DNA of 42,154 nt from assembly GCA_024691145.1 (NCBI GenBank), contig JAILNW010000050.1, positions 1 to 42,154 on the forward strand. The letters run 5' to 3'. Below, one piece after another: positions 34,800 to 42,154 of this stretch (positions within the stretch are counted from its first letter, which is position 1; every line of letters starts with the position of its first letter). The notes beneath the pieces were generated by a model. It ran no database searches. It was not told the origin of the DNA and saw nothing but the letters and a program-made list of their open reading frames with translations. The translations under genes and the position numbers were made by a program. This DNA comes from Lachnospiraceae bacterium. GTDB lineage: Bacteria > Bacillota > Clostridia > Lachnospirales > Lachnospiraceae.

Positions 34800-34813
34800 C
34801 CGCTTCCTCCTTT

Positions 34814-35575
34814 CTACTGATTATCAGAATATATTTTAGCTGTTACTTTAGCCGCAAATGCCGGTGTCATCTCATCCATGATTTCTGCTCTGTTTTTCTG
34901 TGCCATAATAGTCAGTATCTTACACACCATGCCAATACTTTCGTCTGCTTCTTCCAACGCTTTTGCCGCGTTTGCTGGTTCCATTTTGGCATATGTATTA
35001 GCTAACTCAACTATTTCCTGATCTGCATCTGTTTTTTCTACAACTTGTTTGTACAACCTTTCAGCATTTTCCGGCTCAATACTCTCATAGTACTTTTTAT
35101 ATTCTGTTATATCCGGTGCATCACTAGAAAAAACAACCTCTTGTTCAAACTCTTCCTTTAGTTTGACAAATTCTTTATAATCAGTCTCATATTCTTTTAA
35201 TTTTTTATTTTCCTTGTTAAGATTGTTCACTTTGGTATTTATATCGTCATTTTCTTTCTGAAGTTTATCTATTTTCTTCTGCAATTCTTTAATAACTTCA
35301 CAAGCTTCATCCATAGTTTCATATGGATAATCCTTTACTTCTTCATCTCTGTATTCTTCCTTTGGCAATATTTTGTTAATTACTGGCCAGTCTTTAATTA
35401 ATGGTCGCATAACATTACTTCCAAAGTCATTTATATCTAATTTTACCATCGCAATGAAACCAAGCAGAACTATAAGTGCAATTAACACAGAGAGTATTAT
35501 ATTAAGAATTACTCCGCCTTTAGTTAGTGTTTCATCATCATTCTTTTTTTTATCATCTTTTTTCCCCATAATCAT
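34814..35575 (-). CDS. MotE/YlxF-like flagellar protein (N-terminal TM, coiled-coil, MgtE_N-like C-terminus)
   Basis: TM ILNIILSVLIALIVLLGFIAMV, coiled-coil ..KIDKLQKENDDINTKVNNLNKENKKLKE.., C-terminus YAKMEPANAAKALEEAD...ILTIMAQKNRAEIMDEMTPAFAAKVTAKI. Same position as ylxF in the Bacillus fla/che operon. ATG 35569 is an alternative start. Confidence 0.8.
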   Translation of the reverse strand: MIMGKKDDKKKNDDETLTKGGVILNIILSVLIALIVLLGFIAMVKLDINDFGSNVMRPLIKDWPVINKILPKEEYRDEEVKDYPYETMDEACEVIKELQKKIDKLQKENDDINTKVNNLNKENKKLKEYETDYKEFVKLKEEFEQEVVFSSDAPDITEYKKYYESIEPENAERLYKQVVEKTDADQEIVELANTYAKMEPANAAKALEEADESIGMVCKILTIMAQKNRAEIMDEMTPAFAAKVTAKIYSDNQ

Positions 35576-35583
35576 ACCTCGCT

Positions 35584-36033
35584 TTACTGTTCATCTTTAT
35601 TCACAAACCTAAAACTTACTAGTTCATCATTTACTTTATCTTCTTCTTTTTTTATTTCCTCAAGAAAATTTTCAAAGGCCTTCTCTTTCATTTTTTCAAA
35701 GGTTTTTCTTTCTTTCATGGCTTCATTAAGTTTTTCTCTTTCTTCCTCAACCTTTTTTTCTGCCTTTTTTATTACAATCTTTTGTTCCTCCATTGCACGT
35801 TTTGTTATTTCAATGCTTTCATGGAGCTTTTTCATTTCCACAATGCTTATTACATCCTCATAACTTCTTTTTATTTCCTGTTCATAATAGTTCTTTTTTT
35901 CCTCAAGTCTTTCTAATTTGTCACATTCTTCTATATATTCTCTGTTAGCCATAGCAAAGGATGCCTTGCACTGTTCCTCAATTTTTTCTTTTATTGTTAA
36001 AATATTCTGAAGACTATATCTGAATACTGCCAC
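35584..36033 (-). CDS. fliJ: Flagellar export chaperone FliJ
   Basis: 149 aa all-helical coiled-coil (FRYSLQNILTIKE...). Lies directly after fliI. GTG start, 6 nt after GAGGAGGAG. Confidence 0.88.
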   Translation of the reverse strand: MAVFRYSLQNILTIKEKIEEQCKASFAMANREYIEECDKLERLEEKKNYYEQEIKRSYEDVISIVEMKKLHESIEITKRAMEEQKIVIKKAEKKVEEEREKLNEAMKERKTFEKMKEKAFENFLEEIKKEEDKVNDELVSFRFVNKDEQ

Positions 36034-36036
36034 CTG

Positions 36037-37350
36037 CTACTCCTCCTCAAAGAGATTGCATAACATCTCTATCTCATCTTCAAAACTGTATTTACTGTCT
36101 GTTGTCTGCATAAGATAATTATTTACATTATCAATATTATCTATAGCAAAGTCTATATTACTGTTTGAGCCTCTTTTATAGGCTCCTATATTGATTAAAT
36201 CCTCAGCATCTGCATATGTAGCCATAACATTTTTCATGGTTCCTGCTGCCTTTTTATGCTCTTTTGAGGCTATGCTGCTAAATAATCTGGATATACTTTG
36301 TAAAACATCAATTGCAGGATAGTGGTTTTTATGTGCCAGTTTTCTTGAAAGCATAATATGACCATCTAAAATACCTCTTGCAGCATCTGTTATAGGCTCG
36401 TTAAAATCATCACCATCAACTAATACTGTATAAATTCCTGTAATCGACCCTTTATCTGAATTACCTGCTCTTTCTAATAATTTGGGCATTTCTGCATAAA
36501 CACTTGGGGGATATCCTCTTGATATTGGAGGTTCACCTGATGCAAGACCTATTTCTCTTTGTGCCATTGAAAATCTGGTAAGTGAATCCATCATAAGAAG
36601 AACATCTCTCCCCTTATCTCTAAAATACTCTGCAATTGCAGTAGCTGTTTTTGCAGCTTTATTTCTTACAAGTGCGGTCTGGTCTGAGGTTGCAACCACA
36701 ACAACAGACCTTTTCATTCCTTCTTTTCCAAGGTCTTTTTCTATAAATTCTCTTACTTCCCTTCCACGCTCTCCTATAAGTGCAATAACATTAATATCTG
36801 CCTTTGTATTTCTTGCTATCATACCCATAAGTGTACTTTTTCCAACACCAGAACCCGCAAATATTCCAATTCTCTGGCCTTTTCCAAGGGTAATAAGACC
36901 ATCTATGGCTTTTACACCAAGAGGCAGAACCTCGGTAATTATTTCCCTTGACATAGGATCTGGAGGCATAGCTTCAGTAGGGTATGCTTCTTTTAGTTCA
37001 AGTTCTGAACCATCCAGAGGTCGTCCTACGCCGTCTAATACCATTCCAAGAAGTTCATCTCCTACAGGCACTTTAAAGGAATCATGTGTACACTTAACCA
37101 TGCTTCCTACACCAACGCCTTCAATATTTCCAAGAGGCATAAGAAGAACTCTTGAATCCCTGAATCCAACTACTTCCGCAAGTATCCTGTTCTTTTTATC
37201 TAGAGTTGTAATTACACATACATCATTAATATTGGCTTCTGGTCCAATAGACTCCAGAGTTAGTCCGACTACCTTAACTATCTTGCCATATTTTGTTTCA
37301 AATGATTTACTTAAAATCTCTTTGTACTTTGTTATATCAAGTTGCGGCAT
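36037..37350 (-). CDS. fliI: Flagellum-specific ATPase FliI
   Basis: Walker A GSGVGKSTL and Walker B VLLMMDSLTR; F1/T3SS ATPase family. Confidence 0.97.
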   Translation of the reverse strand: MPQLDITKYKEILSKSFETKYGKIVKVVGLTLESIGPEANINDVCVITTLDKKNRILAEVVGFRDSRVLLMPLGNIEGVGVGSMVKCTHDSFKVPVGDELLGMVLDGVGRPLDGSELELKEAYPTEAMPPDPMSREIITEVLPLGVKAIDGLITLGKGQRIGIFAGSGVGKSTLMGMIARNTKADINVIALIGERGREVREFIEKDLGKEGMKRSVVVVATSDQTALVRNKAAKTATAIAEYFRDKGRDVLLMMDSLTRFSMAQREIGLASGEPPISRGYPPSVYAEMPKLLERAGNSDKGSITGIYTVLVDGDDFNEPITDAARGILDGHIMLSRKLAHKNHYPAIDVLQSISRLFSSIASKEHKKAAGTMKNVMATYADAEDLINIGAYKRGSNSNIDFAIDNIDNVNNYLMQTTDSKYSFEDEIEMLCNLFEEE

Positions 37351-37363
37351 GACTACACCTCTT

Positions 37364-38167
37364 TTATCTGCTCATGGATAATAGTCTTAAATCTTCTATA
37401 AGATTTTCTAATTGCACATCAAGGCTGCAATCAATAACAGTATTATCGGTTTCAATAATACATTTATTTCTCGTCAGATTATCTGCAATATTAATCTCAA
37501 CACTTACTCCTTCTTTAAGATTTTCCATTATCTCATTCTTTTTATCATTAACAAATTCATAGTCTTCTTTTGCTACTCTGATTACATATGTATTATTATT
37601 AGGCGAATTAGAAAGAGCATTATTTATTAAGTGCATAATTACCTCTTTCTTATCATCAACAATAATCCCTGTAATCTTTTCAATAATAGAAGAAGCCAGT
37701 TCAACAAAATCAAGTTCAAATTTAGATATCTTCTCGTCTAATAAAATATTTTTATTATTATACTCCAGCTCCAAATTTTCTCTAATTTCGTTAATTCTGG
37801 CTTCTCCCTCAGCAATTCCATCATCATATCCAAGCTTATGTCCCTCATCATAAGCCTGTTGTTTTATACTGTCGTATTTTTCCTGTGCTTCATTTACAAT
37901 AGTCTCTGCTCTTACTGTAGCGGTATTAATGATTTCATCTGCCTTTTTTTCTAGCATCATCTTTTCATATTCAAGTTCCTGCTGTTTTTCCATAAAACTT
38001 TTTGTTATGTCTCTTATGGATTTTTCCTTAAAATCATTATCATTTTCTCCATCTACAGAAACTTCACTGTTTTCTTCTTCCTCATCCTGTATATTTTCAT
38101 TAAAATCAATAATTCGATTTTTTACATCCTCATTGCTTATGTTAGTGTACTTAATAATATTAGACAA
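37364..38167 (-). CDS. fliH: Flagellar assembly protein FliH
   Basis: Acidic N-terminus, coiled-coil, and a FliH/V-type E-subunit-like C-domain. Lies between fliG and fliI. Apparent TTG start overlapping the fliG stop; no in-frame ATG for about 60 codons. Confidence 0.85.
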   Translation of the reverse strand: MSNIIKYTNISNEDVKNRIIDFNENIQDEEEENSEVSVDGENDNDFKEKSIRDITKSFMEKQQELEYEKMMLEKKADEIINTATVRAETIVNEAQEKYDSIKQQAYDEGHKLGYDDGIAEGEARINEIRENLELEYNNKNILLDEKISKFELDFVELASSIIEKITGIIVDDKKEVIMHLINNALSNSPNNNTYVIRVAKEDYEFVNDKKNEIMENLKEGVSVEINIADNLTRNKCIIETDNTVIDCSLDVQLENLIEDLRLLSMSR

Positions 38168-39182
38168 TTATATCGTCACCTCCACCTCTTGAGATAACAA
38201 TTTCACCTGCATCCTCTAATTTACGTACAACAGAAACAATCTTTTGCTGTGCTTCTTCAACATCTTTAAGTCTGATAGGTCCCATGTATTCCATATCTTC
38301 CTTTATCATATCTGCCAAACGAGAAGAAAGGTTTCTGAATATGACATTCTGTACATCATCCGTAACACCTTTAAGAGCAACAGCAATATCATTGTTCTCA
38401 ATTTCTCTGAGAATTCTCTGTATAGACTTATCATCAAGGTTAGCAATATCTTCAAATACGAACATTTTTCTTCTGATTTCATCAGCAAGATCTGGATCGT
38501 CATTTTCAAGATTTTCAATAATGTTCTTTTCAGTACTTCTGTCAACATTATTAAGAATATCAACGATAGACTCAACACCACCGACATTTGTGAAGTCCTG
38601 ATTAACAAGAGATGATAATTTCTTCTCAAGTACATATTCAACCTGTCTTATAACTTCTGGAGACGTACTATCCATGTTAGCAATACGTCTTGCAACATCT
38701 GCCTGTTTTTCATCTGATAACATAGATAATACCTCCGATGCCATAGCTGTAGGGAGATATGCAAGTATCAATGCTATAGTTTGTGGATGCTCATCCTGAA
38801 TAAAGTTAACAAGCTGCTGAGGATCTGTTCTTCGTATAAATTCGAATGGTCTTACCTGTAATGAAGCTGTTAACTTTCCAAGTATTGTTCTTGCTGTTTC
38901 CACACCAAGTGCTTTTTCAAGAAGGTCTTTTGCATATGCAACGCCACCTTCAGTAATATACTGCTGTGCAAGACATATTTCATAAAATTCATTTACTACC
39001 CCATCCTTTAAGTCTGGTGGAATACTCCTTGTATTAGCAATTTCAAGGGTAAGGGCCTCAATTTCATCTTCTTTTAAATGTTTAAATATCGCAGCAGATT
39101 TTTCCGGACCAAGTGAAATGAGTAATATAGCTGCTTTCTCTACCCCACTAATGCTTTCAATATCATTCGATTTTTTTCCCAT
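38160..39182 (-). CDS. fliG: Flagellar motor switch protein FliG
   Basis: GVEKAAILLISLGPEKSAAIFKHL, MFVFEDI motif, and a charged C-terminal torque helix region. Confidence 0.97.
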   Translation of the reverse strand: MGKKSNDIESISGVEKAAILLISLGPEKSAAIFKHLKEDEIEALTLEIANTRSIPPDLKDGVVNEFYEICLAQQYITEGGVAYAKDLLEKALGVETARTILGKLTASLQVRPFEFIRRTDPQQLVNFIQDEHPQTIALILAYLPTAMASEVLSMLSDEKQADVARRIANMDSTSPEVIRQVEYVLEKKLSSLVNQDFTNVGGVESIVDILNNVDRSTEKNIIENLENDDPDLADEIRRKMFVFEDIANLDDKSIQRILREIENNDIAVALKGVTDDVQNVIFRNLSSRLADMIKEDMEYMGPIRLKDVEEAQQKIVSVVRKLEDAGEIVISRGGGDDIIV

Positions 39183-39185
39183 GTG

Positions 39186-40793
39186 CTATATCCCCCATTC
39201 ATCCTTAAGCCAGTTTCTAAGTAATCTCGCTGCCGCTTCTGGATTTTCATCAACAAAGTTTTCAATAACTCTTCTTGCATCAGATTTTTCATTGTATGCA
39301 ATGTCATCAAGATTGTTAACTTCAACAGAAGTAGCAAGTAATTCTTCTACAGATAATTCAGGTTCCAACTCTTCAACCTTAATTGGAGCTGTTCCTTTAA
39401 TTACTACAAATATAAGCATTGCAATTATTACTGCTAATAGTACAAGTAACAAATAATCTGACAATCCTCTTTTTGTTTCTTCTTTAAACTTAAATATAGG
39501 CTGCTGATAAGCTGTTATATTTATCTTACTTGCCGCAATACCTGTAGCAGCTGATACTGATTCAATTAAACTATCATCTACAGTCAGACTGTTTACCTTT
39601 TCAAGGTTATTATCTTCTATGTATTCTTCAAAGGTTGTTCCTTTAAGTTCGCCTTTTCCCTCTAGGGTTTCTTCACTATAAACCTTATACTTTGTTAATA
39701 CTATAGATACAGAGGAATCATTTGTATTTATAGCACCTATTTCCTTTTGTGTATTAGTAACTCTTACATTTGGCAGATATTCTATATCTGAATATTTTAC
39801 ATTACTTGCTGCCACGTTATTATCCTGTATTTCGTATGTTACATCATCATTGTTAGTATCAGTTCCTGGAATACCTACCGCACCATCGGTATTATCTGCC
39901 TTATATTCGTAACTGCTTTTATACACACCCTGATCTGATCCTTCAGCCGGAGTATACTCTGTATATAATTCTTCAACCACGTCCATGTCAAATTCAAAAT
40001 GAGGGATAACTTCTGCATCATCATATCCCTGTTTTATAAGGAGAATTCTTATATCATTTGCTCTTGTGTTGGTAAGTTTCTTTTTATAATCCTCAACACT
40101 GGCAAGATTTCCTGATGAATAAAGATCTGATGTTCCATCATACAGCACAACACCATTACTTCCTGTTACTCGGACATTTTCAACATCTGTATCAATTGCC
40201 GAAGCAACCATTTCAGCAATGGAAGCTGCTGCACTTTGTGGAAACTCATCAGTTGTAGTAAGAACAACGCTTGCGGAATGTTTTACTTCTTTGTTAAGTA
40301 TACTTACATCCTGATCTGATGTTGTAAGATAAACAACAGCATCTCTTATTCCGTCAAAACTCTTTATTGTATTTGCTAACTTATCCTGCATGTAAATATT
40401 GCTCTTAAGTTTTCTTTCTGACTCAGTTGTACTTAAACTGTTATCAAATAACTGTTCATATGTCATTCCGTTATTATCCAGTATATTATTAGATCCAAGC
40501 AAAAGTCTTGCTGCATCATACTTTTTCTCATCTACAGATACAACAGTGCTGTTATTAGATAATTTATATGCTATTTGCTGTTCTTCAAGCAAAGTTACAA
40601 CCTCATTGGTCTGCTTTGCTGTTTCACATGTAATAAGTTTTTTGTACTGTGTTCTTGTTAAGACATAAGAAAGCAAGAGTATTGTTAATAATACTCCTAC
40701 TAAAACACTTATAACCAAAGATTTTTGTTTAGCACTGTAATTGTTCCAAAACTCTAACAATCTGTCTCTTATTGCTTTTATTCTGTCAGCCAT
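39186..40793 (-). CDS. fliF: Flagellar MS-ring protein FliF
   Basis: YscJ/FliF family with N-terminal TM (LVISVLVGVLLTILLLSYVL) and C-terminal TM (LLLVLLAVIIAMLIFVVI). ATG 40793 has AGGAG 9 nt upstream; the tracked GTG is at 40799. Confidence 0.95.
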   Translation of the reverse strand: MADRIKAIRDRLLEFWNNYSAKQKSLVISVLVGVLLTILLLSYVLTRTQYKKLITCETAKQTNEVVTLLEEQQIAYKLSNNSTVVSVDEKKYDAARLLLGSNNILDNNGMTYEQLFDNSLSTTESERKLKSNIYMQDKLANTIKSFDGIRDAVVYLTTSDQDVSILNKEVKHSASVVLTTTDEFPQSAAASIAEMVASAIDTDVENVRVTGSNGVVLYDGTSDLYSSGNLASVEDYKKKLTNTRANDIRILLIKQGYDDAEVIPHFEFDMDVVEELYTEYTPAEGSDQGVYKSSYEYKADNTDGAVGIPGTDTNNDDVTYEIQDNNVAASNVKYSDIEYLPNVRVTNTQKEIGAINTNDSSVSIVLTKYKVYSEETLEGKGELKGTTFEEYIEDNNLEKVNSLTVDDSLIESVSAATGIAASKINITAYQQPIFKFKEETKRGLSDYLLLVLLAVIIAMLIFVVIKGTAPIKVEELEPELSVEELLATSVEVNNLDDIAYNEKSDARRVIENFVDENPEAAARLLRNWLKDEWGI

Positions 40794-40824
40794 AGTCACA
40801 CACTCCTATGAAAAAGAAATAGCA

Positions 40825-40889
40825 ACCTCTTGATTACTATTCGCTGAACTTTATTTCGCAGGTCACCTCTTGATTACTGCGAATAGTAA
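40825..40889 (-). promoter_or_regulatory. Structured fliE-fliF spacer: duplicated 14-mer plus two mutually exclusive hairpins
   Basis: Direct repeat ACCTCTTGATTACT at 40825-40838 and 40865-40878 (RNA sense AGUAAUCAAGAGGU, SD-like). An 11-bp inverted repeat TTACTATTCGC (40834-40844) / GCGAATAGTAA (40879-40889). A competing 7-bp pair TTCGCAG (40855-40861) / CTGCGAA (40877-40883). Confidence 0.45.
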
Positions 40890-40892
40890 CCC

Positions 40893-41234
40893 TTAAAATT
40901 GCATGTTCATGATTTCTTTGTATGCCTCCATTATCTTATCTCTTACAGCTACAGTGTATGATAAGGAGATGTTGGCTTTGTTCTGGGCAACCATAAGTTC
41001 AAGGGTATTGTCTTCACCCATTGCGTACTTTATTTCTTCTTCTTCTGCTTTATTAGTAAGTTCATTAGTTTCATTAATATTTTTTACTATTGAATCGAGT
41101 ATTGACTGAAAGCTCTGGCCATCTGAAGTTTTGTTAACAGCATTACTATTAGAACCTTTTGTAATATTAGTAAGCCAGTCAACAGAACTTGTTGACAATC
41201 CATTATTAATAGCATTAACAGGTATTATTGCCAT
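40893..41234 (-). CDS. fliE: Flagellar hook-basal body protein FliE
   Basis: C-terminal FliE signature ..LELMVAQNKANISLSYTVAVRDKIMEAYKEIMNMQF. ATG 41234 has AGGTGG 7 nt upstream; the tracked GTG is at 41243. Confidence 0.92.
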   Translation of the reverse strand: MAIIPVNAINNGLSTSSVDWLTNITKGSNSNAVNKTSDGQSFQSILDSIVKNINETNELTNKAEEEEIKYAMGEDNTLELMVAQNKANISLSYTVAVRDKIMEAYKEIMNMQF

Positions 41235-41262
41235 AATTTCCACCTACTTTTCTATTTTATAA

Positions 41263-41703
41263 TTATTTTGTGTCGAGTTCTAGTGTTTTTGAAAGCATAG
41301 CTTTACTTGAATTAAAGGCTGTTACATTGGCTTCATATGCTCTTGAAGCATCAATCATGTTAGTCATCTCTGTAACAACATCAACATTAGGATAAGTTAC
41401 ATATCCATCCTCATCTGCATCAGGATGTGAAGGATCGTAAACCTTCTTCATATCTGTTTTCTTATCCTTTACAATTGATGTTACTTTAACACCCTTTCCG
41501 CTTTTACCCAAAGATGCATTAAGCACGCTGTCAAATCTGTTATTGGTTTTTTCCGAAAATACCACAGTCTGTCTGGCATAAGGTTCTCCATCTTCACCTC
41601 TTGTGGTATTAACATTTGCAATATTCTGCGATATAATATCAGTTCTTAATCTCTGTGCCGTCATACCGCTGGCACTTACATTTAATGAATTAAAGAAAGA
41701 CAT
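41263..41703 (-). CDS. flgC: Flagellar basal-body rod protein FlgC
   Basis: SASGMTAQRLRTDIISQNIANVNTTR N-terminus and ..ASRAYEANVTAFNSSKAM.. C-terminus. RBS GGAGG. Confidence 0.96.
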   Translation of the reverse strand: MSFFNSLNVSASGMTAQRLRTDIISQNIANVNTTRGEDGEPYARQTVVFSEKTNNRFDSVLNASLGKSGKGVKVTSIVKDKKTDMKKVYDPSHPDADEDGYVTYPNVDVVTEMTNMIDASRAYEANVTAFNSSKAMLSKTLELDTK

Positions 41704-41731
41704 ATAATTCCTCCTCTCTAAGCCTCAAAAT

Positions 41732-42115
41732 CTATTTTATTACAGATGTGATTCTGCGAAATTCCTGTTTCATAGAGTCAATTAACGTATAATATCTAAG
41801 CTGGTTTTCTGCAAGATATGCATTTTCTGTATCAATATCTACATTGTTACCATCCAGCCTGTAACTTAGTGAAGAGGTATCTGTATAAACACTCTCATTT
41901 ATACTATCCAGTCTTATGTTGTTTATATTCTCATCTAAAGTTCCGGTTCTTCCAACTGCTGCCCTAAGAGCTTTCTCAAAACTCACATCCTGTCTTTTAA
42001 AGTTAGGAGTATCAACATTAGCAATATTGTTGGTAATAACCTCTTGTCTTGTCATGGCTGCCGATGAAGCCTTAGACAAAACATTAATATAGTTATAAGC
42101 ATTAGAAATTATCAT
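41732..42115 (-). CDS. flgB: Flagellar basal-body rod protein FlgB
   Basis: QEVITNNIANVDTPNFKRQDV rod motif and C-terminus ..YLAENQLRYYTLIDSMKQEF.. ATG 42115 has GAAAGGA upstream; the tracked TTG is at 42124. It is the first gene of the operon, and the promoter lies beyond the window edge. Confidence 0.94.
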   Translation of the reverse strand: MIISNAYNYINVLSKASSAAMTRQEVITNNIANVDTPNFKRQDVSFEKALRAAVGRTGTLDENINNIRLDSINESVYTDTSSLSYRLDGNNVDIDTENAYLAENQLRYYTLIDSMKQEFRRITSVIK

Positions 42116-42154
42116 AACCTTCAATCCTTTCTAGAATTTCCTTTTAGTGTATAA

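Noticed and set aside
40825-40889. Inverted repeats in the fliE-fliF spacer viewed as a possible invertible (phase-variable) DNA switch like the clostridial flagellar switch.
   Set aside because: The segment between the repeats is only 34 bp, and no recombinase is nearby. An RNA-structure interpretation fits better.

Overview
Low-GC (roughly one-third G+C by eye) Firmicutes/Clostridia-type chromosomal segment with two parts. (1) Positions ~9.8-42.1 kb hold one long minus-strand fla/che motility operon with tight or overlapping gene junctions. Its order is flgB-flgC-fliE-fliF-fliG-fliH-fliI-fliJ-(MotE/YlxF-like)-fliK-flgD-flgE-flbD-motA-motB-fliL-fliM-fliY-cheY-fliO-fliP-fliQ-fliR-flhB-flhA-flhF-flhG-(PilZ)-cheA-cheW-cheC-cheD-(84 aa membrane protein)-sigD. 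Three poorly characterised genes follow sigD: a DUF342/FapA-like protein, a membrane-anchored coiled-coil protein with an HTH-like tail, and a PT-repeat protein with an MltG-lobe-like domain. The operon ends at a strong bidirectional terminator (9754-9790). The operon promoter lies outside the window, and no flagellin, cheB/cheR or MCP genes are present. (2) Positions 1-9.8 kb are an accessory region. It contains an HpaII-like type II R-M pair (endonuclease cut by the window edge), a small XRE-type HTH gene, and four diverging paralogs. The paralogs encode secreted proteins in which a C-type-lectin-like domain appears inserted at the N-terminal cap of a BspA-type (LRR_5) leucine-rich-repeat solenoid, each with a different C-terminal tail. 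This paralog cluster and its repeated palindromic motifs in the two divergent promoter regions are my best candidate for something undescribed. The post-sigD three-gene tail and a structured fliE-fliF spacer are secondary candidates. No tRNA, rRNA, CRISPR array, transposase or integrase was recognised. All family calls rest on motif recognition by eye; no database search was run.
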